In this document: positions 57,057-64,000 of the stretch, in pieces
Numbering within the stretch: position 1 is the first letter of the stretch
How the letters are laid out: each line of letters begins with the position of its first letter
Source: an uncultured Acetatifactor sp.
Lineage (GTDB): Bacteria; Bacillota; Clostridia; Lachnospirales; Lachnospiraceae
NCBI GenBank assembly: GCA_910585425.1
Contig: CAJUCP010000015.1
Location: 39,307 to 103,306, forward strand
Direction: 5' to 3'
Length of the DNA: 64,000 bases
Position numbers and translations under genes: made by a program
Notes under the pieces: model-generated
The model's input: only the letters and a program-made list of their open reading frames with translations
Databases searched by the model: none
What the model was told of the DNA's origin: nothing

Positions 57057-57983
57057 ATGCCCATCAAGGTACAAAGCGATTTACCGGCAAAAGAGATACT
57101 GATCAACGAGAATATATTCGTCATGGACGAACTGCGGGCCATCCATCAGGATATCCGCCCCCTGGAGGTATTGATCCTGAACAACATGCCCGTCAAGCAG
57201 GACACGGAGCTGCAGCTGCTTCGGGCCCTGTCCAACACGCCCCTGCAGGTGGATGTGACCTTCATCAACGTGAAGAGCCATGTGTCCCTGAACACCTCGG
57301 CCAGCCACCTGAACAAATTCTACAGCACCCTGGACGAGATACGGGACAGGGACTACGACGGCATGATAGTGACGGGAGCGCCGGTGGAGGACATCCCCTT
57401 CGAGGAGGTGGACTACTGGGAGGAAATCTGTGAAATCCTGGACTGGGCCCAGACCCATGTGACCTCTACCCTGCACATCTGCTGGGCGGCCCAGGCAGGC
57501 CTCTACCATTACTATGGCATCAACAAAAAGCTCCTGCCCCGGAAGCTCTTCGGCGTCTACGAGCATAAGGTGAGGAACCGCAAGATTCCCCTGGTGCGGG
57601 GCTTTGACGATATCTTCCTGGCGCCTCAGAGCCGCCACACGGAGACCCCGGCCGAGCTGATCCACGCCTGCAAAGACCTGACAGTGCTGGCGGAATCCCC
57701 GGAGGCGGGCGTGTACCTGGCCATGGCCGAGGAGGGGAAGAAGATATTCGTCACCGGGCATCCCGAGTACGACAGATACTCTCTGAACAATGAATACTAT
57801 CGGGATCTGAACAAGGGCCTTCCCATCCAGGTGCCCTACAACTACTATCCAGGCGATGACCCCAAGGAGAAGCCGCTGCTCCAGTGGCGCTCCCACAGCA
57901 ACAACCTCTACAGCAACTGGCTTAATTACTACGTCTATCAGATGACGCCCTACGAGTTGAAGAAAGGCGGGAGGATACAGTAA
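57057..57983 (+). CDS. metA: Homoserine O-acyltransferase (MetA family)
   Basis: MPIKVQSDLPAKEILINENIFVMDELRAIHQDIRPLEVLILNNMP N-terminus, plus active-site region ICWAAQAGLYHYYG. RBS AGGAGGAAA. Confidence 0.9.
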   Translation: MPIKVQSDLPAKEILINENIFVMDELRAIHQDIRPLEVLILNNMPVKQDTELQLLRALSNTPLQVDVTFINVKSHVSLNTSASHLNKFYSTLDEIRDRDYDGMIVTGAPVEDIPFEEVDYWEEICEILDWAQTHVTSTLHICWAAQAGLYHYYGINKKLLPRKLFGVYEHKVRNRKIPLVRGFDDIFLAPQSRHTETPAELIHACKDLTVLAESPEAGVYLAMAEEGKKIFVTGHPEYDRYSLNNEYYRDLNKGLPIQVPYNYYPGDDPKEKPLLQWRSHSNNLYSNWLNYYVYQMTPYELKKGGRIQ

Positions 57984-57993
57984 ATATACGGTT

Positions 57994-58026
57994 TCCCCTG
58001 GGAGTAAAATCCTGGGGGATTTTTCT
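57994..58026 (+). terminator. Rho-independent terminator after metA
   Basis: CCCCTGGGA-GTAAAA-TCCTGGGGG (two G-U pairs) followed by ATTTTTCTT. Confidence 0.65.
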
Positions 58027-58156
58027 TGCGTTCTACACGGATTTGAGACAAGAAAGCGGCACATTTCGGGCGGGCTGCCTGTATAAAAGGCTTGTAGGTA
58101 TGGGAATTGTAGGCTATAATTATGATGAGGACGCTGAATAAGGTAAGCGTGTCACG

Positions 58157-59143
58157 ATGTTCAGTCATGTAGAGGGGGAGGGTATGGTTCAGGAAGAAAT
58201 AGCATATCAGAATAAGGATATCACCAGCAAGGTGCTTGCCGAGTGCTTCAAAGGGAAGACGTTCAAGGTATATGGTCTTGATCTGCCGGAAATCAGACGG
58301 GTCCTGCCGACCAACTTACCGACGGTCAAAGCAAACGAGCTCCGCCTGGACAATCTTTTTGAGCTGGCAGACGGCACTGTCGCCATAGTGGACTATGAAA
58401 GCGAATATAAAAAGGAAGATAAGATAAAATACCTGAATTATCTGACAGGGATAGCCAACCGCTACGCAAAGGAAAACCAGGATTGCCCGGTGCTGCGGAT
58501 GATTGTGATATATACAGGGGACATTAAGAGAGGGCAGACAGCCGACCGATATGACATCGGAGCGGTCAGGGTGAAGCTGGAACAGGCATTCCTCTCGGAA
58601 CTGGATTCCCATGAGATTTTCCGGCACTTGAAGGAAAAGGTGGAAAGGAATGAACTGTTGGATGATGAGGAGATGATGGAGCTTATCATACAACCCTTGT
58701 CTTACCGGAAACGGGAAGAGAAAGAAGCGCAGATTCGAGAGACGGTCAAACTGGCGGCACAGATTCAGGACAGAGGGCAGCAGCTTTTCGCGTTATCCGG
58801 GATACTGGTCTTTGCGGATAAGGTAATCGACATGGAGACGGCGAATAAAATAAGGAGGGCGATTGAGATGACGCAGGTGGCGAGGATATTTGAGGAAGAG
58901 AAGCAGCAGGCGCTGACGCAGGTGGCGAGGATATTTGAGGAAGAGAAGCAGCAGGCGCTGACACAGGCATTGTCGCAGGCAGAAAAAAAGCATAAAGAAG
59001 AAAAAGAGCGGAATGCAAGGCAGATTGTAATCAGAATGATTAAGAAGAACTATCCAACGGAAGAAATCGTTTCCCTAGTGTCAAGCTTTTCCCAGGATGA
59101 CATAGAGGCGCTTCGGAAAGAGGTTGAGAGGGCAGAGTTATAA
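58157..59143 (+). CDS. Rpn/YhgA-like PD-(D/E)xK nuclease family protein (putative recombination-promoting nuclease/transposase-like)
   Basis: N-terminal pattern YQNKDITSKVL...LRLDNLFELADGTVAIVDYESEYKKED resembles the PDDEXK_Tnp_1 core. The gene is AT-richer than its flanks. The ATG at 58184 is an alternative start. Confidence 0.65.
   Translation: MFSHVEGEGMVQEEIAYQNKDITSKVLAECFKGKTFKVYGLDLPEIRRVLPTNLPTVKANELRLDNLFELADGTVAIVDYESEYKKEDKIKYLNYLTGIANRYAKENQDCPVLRMIVIYTGDIKRGQTADRYDIGAVRVKLEQAFLSELDSHEIFRHLKEKVERNELLDDEEMMELIIQPLSYRKREEKEAQIRETVKLAAQIQDRGQQLFALSGILVFADKVIDMETANKIRRAIEMTQVARIFEEEKQQALTQVARIFEEEKQQALTQALSQAEKKHKEEKERNARQIVIRMIKKNYPTEEIVSLVSSFSQDDIEALRKEVERAEL
58871..58960 (+). repeat. 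Perfect 45-bp in-frame tandem duplication
   Basis: ACGCAGGTGGCGAGGATATTTGAGGAAGAGAAGCAGCAGGCGCTG occurs twice back to back, encoding TQVARIFEEEKQQAL twice. Confidence 0.95.
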
Positions 59144-59332
59144 GGAAGAAAACCATGAATGTGCTTTATTCCCGCGAGCAATGAGTCAAGCGGCCGTGCT
59201 TGCACGGCCAGTTGGCGAATACCCCGTTGCTTGCAGCGGAGTATTTGATTCAGTTGGGCAGGGGAGGAGGGAGAGCGCAGTCTCCCCCGAATCCGGCCCG
59301 GACATTCTGCCTGCCGGCAAAAGGGTCCATGT

Positions 59333-60334
59333 CTATTCCTTCACAGCCCTGGTGGCATACTCCTCCAGCAGCTCCACATACCTGTAATAGCGGTCTAAGG
59401 GGCAGTCCGGCGGCGTCTGATGGTCCACGCTGGGGATGAACCCGCCGGTCTTCATCACGGGCAGCAGCCTCTCGAACTCCCCGCGCATGGCTTCCGTGCT
59501 CCGGCGCATGGTCATCTTGTCGAATGCGCCGATGAAGAGGAAATCCGGATAGGCCTCCCGCAGCGCCGCCACGTCCACGCCCGCCTGGCGCTCCAGGGGC
59601 AGGACGCCCTCTATCCCTGCCTTTTGCAGCCAGGGAATCATCTTCGTCACATCGCCGTCCGAATCGATGATGACCTTGGTGCCCCGCTCCCGTATGGCGG
59701 GGATGACTTTGCGGTAATAGGGGGCAAGGAATTCGTTGAAGCAGTCCTCTGATATCATAGGGCCGTTGTTGTAGCTCATGTCCTCTGCAAAGGTCATGAA
59801 ATCCGGCGTGACGATCTCATAAATCCTGTCCAGCTGCCGCAACTGATAAGCGGCCAGGTCGTCCAGCATGCGGTGGTACAGCTCCGGATAGTCATAGAAG
59901 GAGTACAGATGGTTCTCGATGCCGAACAGGGTGCGGGGGAACCAGAACCCACCGTCCAGGGAGAACCAGATGGGAAAATCCCCCGCCTCATGGCCGCCCT
60001 TCAGATTCTTCATGGTCTGGAGCTGACTGTCTATGCCGTCCTCCGGATAGAGGCAGGGCAGGAGATTCTCGTAATCCTGCTCATCCTCCATGATCGGGCC
60101 CCCGTTGAAGGCTGGCTGGGGGCAGTCCGCCGTCCTGTGGGGGAGCCAGAACTGCACATGCCGGTCCAGTCCAAGGGCAGTGGCCAGCCCGTCCCAGGGA
60201 ATCTCGGCCGAAAGCCCCTGGCTGTGCCAGGCATCCAATGTCCTGTCCCACCAGGAGGCCCATTCTATCATGGGGAGCCGGTCGTCCGGCCTTTCGAAAT
60301 GAAGCGTCGCCAGGACGCGTTCTCGATTTTTCAT
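59333..60334 (-). CDS. Uroporphyrinogen decarboxylase (URO-D) superfamily protein of unknown role
   Basis: About 333 aa from MKNRERVLATLHFERPDRLPM-like N-terminus, typical of URO-D/MtaA-like proteins. RBS AGGAGAA. The ORF-track start at 60433 has no RBS. Confidence 0.65.
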   Translation of the reverse strand: MKNRERVLATLHFERPDDRLPMIEWASWWDRTLDAWHSQGLSAEIPWDGLATALGLDRHVQFWLPHRTADCPQPAFNGGPIMEDEQDYENLLPCLYPEDGIDSQLQTMKNLKGGHEAGDFPIWFSLDGGFWFPRTLFGIENHLYSFYDYPELYHRMLDDLAAYQLRQLDRIYEIVTPDFMTFAEDMSYNNGPMISEDCFNEFLAPYYRKVIPAIRERGTKVIIDSDGDVTKMIPWLQKAGIEGVLPLERQAGVDVAALREAYPDFLFIGAFDKMTMRRSTEAMRGEFERLLPVMKTGGFIPSVDHQTPPDCPLDRYYRYVELLEEYATRAVKE

Positions 60335-60681
60335 ATTTTTATATTCTCCTTTCCGATTTCCTGCCTCTGGCGTCCGATAGGAGGCAATATCTCCCGGCAG
60401 AGGCCCGCCATGTTGATAAAGATATTTTACCATATATCATAAGCCGGGTAAATGTGGCCCGGTTGTCTTTCAGGGACATGCAGAAGGCAACAGAACCATA
60501 CAGTGGTATATGAGGCTTTTGTGGAGGGACAGGCCGATTTCGGGGATTTCTTTGGGCAGATTCCACATTTCCGGCATATGGTTCTGTGCTTTCTTTGGGA
60601 AAACCGAAAATATCCCTTTTTTTGTCCCGGAAAGTATGGTACAATTCCTTTATTAAATAGAACGAAAGGAGAGGGTTGGCA

Positions 60682-62088
60682 ATGGACTCATACAAATATT
60701 ATCTTGCGATTGACATCGGCGCGTCCAGCGGCCGCCATATCCTGGCCCATCTGGAGGAAAACCGTATGGTGCTGGAGGAGGTGCACCGCTTCCCCAACGG
60801 GATGGTGGAGAAGGACGGCGAGCATGTCTGGGACGTGGACGAGCTGTTCCGGCAGATCAAACTGGGCCTGAAGAAATGCGCGCAGCTCGGCAAGATTCCG
60901 GTCAGCGTGGGCGTGGACACCTGGGGGGTGGACTTCGTGCTGTTGGACGGGGACGGCGCGCGCATCGGGAACGCGGTGGCTTACCGGGACGGGCGCACCA
61001 GAGGGATGGACGAGGAGGTATACAAAATCATCCCCGAGGACGAGCTGTATGCCCGCACCGGCATCCAGAAAGCCATTTTCAACACGATTTATCAGCTCAT
61101 GGCCCTGAAGGTGAAGAAGCCGGAGCACTTGGAAAAAGCCCACACCATGCTGCTGATGCCGGATTACTTCCATTACATGCTCTCCGGCGTGGCGGCCACG
61201 GAGTACACGGAGGCCACCACAGGACAGCTTGTGAGCCCCGAGACCAAGGACTGGGACATGGAGCTGATCGAGAGGCTGGGATACCCGAAGCGGATCTTCC
61301 AGCGGATGGTGACGCCCGGCACCGTGCTGGGAGAGCTGACCGCGGAAGTACAGGCCGAGGTAGGATTCAACTGCAAGGTGGTGGAGCCTGCCACCCATGA
61401 CACAGGCTCCGCGGTGATAGCGGTTCCCACGGACAGCGACGACGCGCTGTACATCAGCTCCGGCACATGGTCCCTCATGGGGACAGAGCTCATGGAGGCC
61501 AACTGCTCTCCCGAGAGCAAGGCCAACAACCTGACCAATGAGGGCGGCTACGGCTACCGTTTCCGCTACCTGAAGAACATCATGGGGCTGTGGATGATTC
61601 AGTCCGTAAAGAAGGAAATCGGCGGGGATCTGGGCTTTGGCGAGATCTGCGAGATGGCATCCAAATGCAGCATCCCCTCCATCGTGGACTGCAATGACGA
61701 CCGTTTCCTGGCTCCGGCCAACATGACAGAGGAAGTGCAGGCAGCCTGCAGGGAATCCGGGCAGCAGGTGCCGGAAGGCCTGGCCCAGGTGGCATCCGTC
61801 ATCTACAACAGCCTGGCTCGGTGCTATGCGGAGACGATCAGGCAGATAGAGGGCATTACCGGCAGGAAGTACGATAAGATACATATCGTGGGCGGCGGCT
61901 CCAATGCGGAGTATCTGAACAGGCTGACAGCGGCGGCTACGGGCATTCCGGTGTATGCGGGACCCACGGAGGCTACCGCAATCGGCAATATCGCGGCCCA
62001 GATGATGGCCACAGGGGAGCTGGCGGACCTGAAAGCAGCCAGGGCCTGTGTGTTCCGGTCCTTCTCCATCACCACATATCAGCCTTAA
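60682..62088 (+). CDS. rhaB: Rhamnulokinase
   Basis: FGGY kinase N-terminus YYLAIDIGASSGRHIL. HRFPN...VWDVD and GVDTWGVDF are typical of RhaB. AGGAGAG lies 8 nt before the ATG. Confidence 0.85.
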   Translation: MDSYKYYLAIDIGASSGRHILAHLEENRMVLEEVHRFPNGMVEKDGEHVWDVDELFRQIKLGLKKCAQLGKIPVSVGVDTWGVDFVLLDGDGARIGNAVAYRDGRTRGMDEEVYKIIPEDELYARTGIQKAIFNTIYQLMALKVKKPEHLEKAHTMLLMPDYFHYMLSGVAATEYTEATTGQLVSPETKDWDMELIERLGYPKRIFQRMVTPGTVLGELTAEVQAEVGFNCKVVEPATHDTGSAVIAVPTDSDDALYISSGTWSLMGTELMEANCSPESKANNLTNEGGYGYRFRYLKNIMGLWMIQSVKKEIGGDLGFGEICEMASKCSIPSIVDCNDDRFLAPANMTEEVQAACRESGQQVPEGLAQVASVIYNSLARCYAETIRQIEGITGRKYDKIHIVGGGSNAEYLNRLTAAATGIPVYAGPTEATAIGNIAAQMMATGELADLKAARACVFRSFSITTYQP

Positions 62089-62308
62089 CGGCCGTGTTTT
62101 GCCACCGCAGGAAAGGCCATATCGGAGAGGCAGGCGGTCTGCGGCGATTGCGGGGCCTACCAAGGCCGTGGGGAGGCATGGGATGGGAAGGGCAGGGGCG
62201 TTTGGCGTTCCGGCCGGCGGAGGTGCAAAGAGGGGCCCCGGAAAGCGGGCAGGGCCAGGCAGCCTGCCTGAGGAGACGCATTTCAGACAGAGGATATACA
62301 GGATATAA

Positions 62309-62356
62309 ATGAAGAAGAGCATTCATGAAGAAAAGCATTCATGAAGAAAAGCATTC
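62309..62356 (+). repeat. 16-bp tandem repeat x3 (ATGAAGAARAGCATTC) just upstream of rhaA
   Basis: Units lie at 62309-62324, 62325-62340 and 62341-62356. A partial fourth unit follows. Confidence 0.9.
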
Positions 62357-62379
62357 ATGAGGAAAGGAAGACAGAGGAT

Positions 62380-63642
62380 ATGACAGCAAAGGAAAGATTT
62401 GAGTCCGCAAAAGAGATTTACGCCTCCTACGGCGTGGACGTGGAGGCAGCCATCGAGAAGTGCATGGAGGCCCCCGTGGCGCTCCACTGTTGGCAGGGAG
62501 ACGATGTCATCGGCTTCGACCATGACGGCCCTCTGACCGGAGGCATCCAGACCACTGGAGACTACCCCGGAAAGGCCAAGACCCCGGAGGAGTTGATGCA
62601 GGACATGGACAAGGCATTGAGTCTGATGCCCGGTAAGAAGAAGCTGAACCTCCACGCCTGCTATGCCATCTTCGAGCCCGGCGAGTTCGTTGACCGGGAC
62701 AGGATTGAGCCAAAGCATTTCGCCAAGTGGGTGGCGTTCGCCAAGGAGAGGAATATGGGCATCGACTTCAACCCCACGTTCTTCTCCCATGACAAGGTGA
62801 AGGACGGCCTGACCCTCTCCAGCCCTGACGAGGGAACCAGGAAGTTCTGGATTGACCATGGCAAGGCATGTATCCGCATCTCCCAGTATTTCGCGGAGGA
62901 GACTGGCGTTCCCTGCGTCATGAACATCTGGACGGGGGATGGGTACAAGGATGTGCCCGCAGACCGCATGGGCCCCAGAATGAGATACAAGGAGTCCATC
63001 GAGGAGATTCTGGCCGAGCCCTTTGACAGGGACAAGGTGAAGCCCTGCGTAGAATCCAAGGTGTTCGGCATCGGAGTGGAGGCATATACCGCTGGAAGCG
63101 CCGAGTTCACCCTGAGCTTCGCGGCCACCCACGAGGGCTGTCTGCCCCTGATGGACAATGGCCATTACCACCCTACCGAGGTGGTGTCGGACAAGATTCC
63201 CGCGCTGCTGTGCTTCTATCCGGAGATTGCCCTGCACATCACAAGGCCCATCCGCTGGGACAGCGACCATGTGGTGCTCTTTGACGACGAGACGAAAGAG
63301 ATGGCCAAGGAGATCGTCAGATGCGACGGCCTGGACAGGGTGTACATGGCGCTGGACTACTTCGATGCCAGCATCAACCGCGTATCCGCCTGGGCCATGG
63401 GCTTCCGCAGCTGGCAGAAGGCATTGCTGACGGCTATGTGCACGCCCAATGAGGCGCTTAAGAAGCTCCAGGACGAGAACCGCATGACGGAGCTGATGGT
63501 GGAGCAGGAGGCGGTGAAGACCTTGCCCTTCGGCGATGTGTGGAACGAATACTGCCAGCGCTGCGGCGTGCCGTCGGACAGGGAGTTCTATGCTGAGGTG
63601 AAGAGGTATGAGGACGAGGTGCAGCTGAAGAGAAATGCATGA
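62380..63642 (+). CDS. rhaA: L-rhamnose isomerase
   Basis: MTAKERFESAKEIYASYGVDVEAAIEKCMEAPVALHCWQGDDVIGFD parallels known RhaA N-termini. The ORF-track start at 62341 lies inside the tandem repeat. Confidence 0.9.
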   Translation: MTAKERFESAKEIYASYGVDVEAAIEKCMEAPVALHCWQGDDVIGFDHDGPLTGGIQTTGDYPGKAKTPEELMQDMDKALSLMPGKKKLNLHACYAIFEPGEFVDRDRIEPKHFAKWVAFAKERNMGIDFNPTFFSHDKVKDGLTLSSPDEGTRKFWIDHGKACIRISQYFAEETGVPCVMNIWTGDGYKDVPADRMGPRMRYKESIEEILAEPFDRDKVKPCVESKVFGIGVEAYTAGSAEFTLSFAATHEGCLPLMDNGHYHPTEVVSDKIPALLCFYPEIALHITRPIRWDSDHVVLFDDETKEMAKEIVRCDGLDRVYMALDYFDASINRVSAWAMGFRSWQKALLTAMCTPNEALKKLQDENRMTELMVEQEAVKTLPFGDVWNEYCQRCGVPSDREFYAEVKRYEDEVQLKRNA

Positions 63643-63735
63643 CGCGGATCCTGTCGGATGAAGTCCTGCCGCCTGGGATGGCATTGCTGCAGCAGGAGGC
63701 AGGGCGGGGAACGCGAAGAGAGAAGATTTTCTGTG

Positions 63736-63772
63736 GCCGGGGTGCCAGTGCTTTTGACCCCCGGCTGTTTTG
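63736..63772 (+). terminator. Probable rho-independent terminator after rhaA
   Basis: GCCGGGG ... CCCCGGC stem followed by TGTTTTGG. Confidence 0.5.
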
Positions 63773-63788
63773 GTGGACTGCGGTTTGC

Positions 63789-63856
63789 GCTGCCCGCGGG
63801 CTTGGGGGCCGGGCGCGGCAGGTTTCGATCCGGCTGCGGGCACGCGGGCAGCTTTT
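63789..63856 (+). terminator. Second long hairpin with a T-run after rhaA
   Basis: GCTGCCCGCG (63789-63798) pairs with CGCGGGCAGC (63843-63852), followed by TTTT. Confidence 0.45.
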
Positions 63857-63905
63857 AGGAGACTGATTGGCGCGTGGGCCTTGACAGATAGGAGGATAGA
63901 GAGGA

Positions 63906-64000
63906 TTTGAGCGAAAAGAAGGGATATGGCCTGAGACGGGTCTGGATGATGCTGTTCGGCATCCTGCTGATCGGCATGTGCGTGGCCTCCTACCGCATGA
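63906..64000 (+). CDS. Start of a probable membrane protein; the 3' end lies outside the window
   Basis: TTG lies 10 nt after GGAGG. The frame is open to the window edge and encodes SEKKGYGLRRVWMMLFGILLIGMCVASYRM, with a hydrophobic segment. In-frame ATGs at 63946/63949 are alternative starts. Confidence 0.3.

Noticed and set aside
62341-62379. The upstream ATG given as the rhaA start in the ORF track.
   Set aside because: It is one of the three ATGs of the 16-bp tandem repeat. Known RhaA proteins begin at the position corresponding to MTAKERF (62380).
60688-63843. Two long minus-strand ORFs (544 and 506 aa) antisense to rhaB and rhaA.
   Set aside because: The plus-strand frames match rhamnulokinase and rhamnose isomerase motifs. 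The antisense frames have no recognisable motifs and no RBS.

Overview
The window reads as chromosome from a GC-rich, Gram-positive anaerobe, probably Clostridia of the Lachnospiraceae or Oscillospiraceae type. That guess rests only on gene content and Shine-Dalgarno usage. About 49 genes are supportable. Housekeeping genes are purL (5' truncated by the window edge), yqeG-aroE, an aroK-aroQ fusion, efp, tRNA-Arg(CCG), gdhA, an nhaC-type antiporter, RNase H, a pseudouridine synthase, ligA and metA. Around them lie carbohydrate loci: a minus-strand PMI-like/ROK/RpiR/isomerase operon; two LplABC-type ABC transporter sets; a clan GH-A hydrolase, GH2 and GH3; uxuA-uxuB behind a perfect cre-type palindrome; and rhaB-rhaA. 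Accessory pieces are an AAA/DUF4143 ATPase, a BlaI/BlaR1-like pair followed by an HTH-zinc-ribbon-methyltransferase fusion, a soluble chemoreceptor with a CZB domain, and an Rpn/PD-(D/E)xK nuclease-like gene. The strongest candidate for something new is 2.7-9.2 kb. This AT-richer island lies between purL and the convergent sugar operon and is bracketed by a 23-bp direct repeat, with no recombinase inside. It contains a duplicated XRE-regulator/promoter module, one copy reduced to a 37-codon relic, and a 977-aa membrane-tethered sigma-70 fusion with a large extracytoplasmic domain. Other unexplained signals are a ~40-bp degenerate tandem array that starts in the GH2 stop codon, a ~50-nt direct repeat bracketing GH2-GH3, four 33-bp-phased repeats upstream of the ATPase gene, a terminator hairpin inside the gdhA leader, an internally repeated acidic insertion in ligA, a perfect 45-bp in-frame duplication in the nuclease-like gene, and a 16-bp tandem repeat before rhaA. 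All calls come from reading the sequence and the ORF track. No database search or computed statistic was available.
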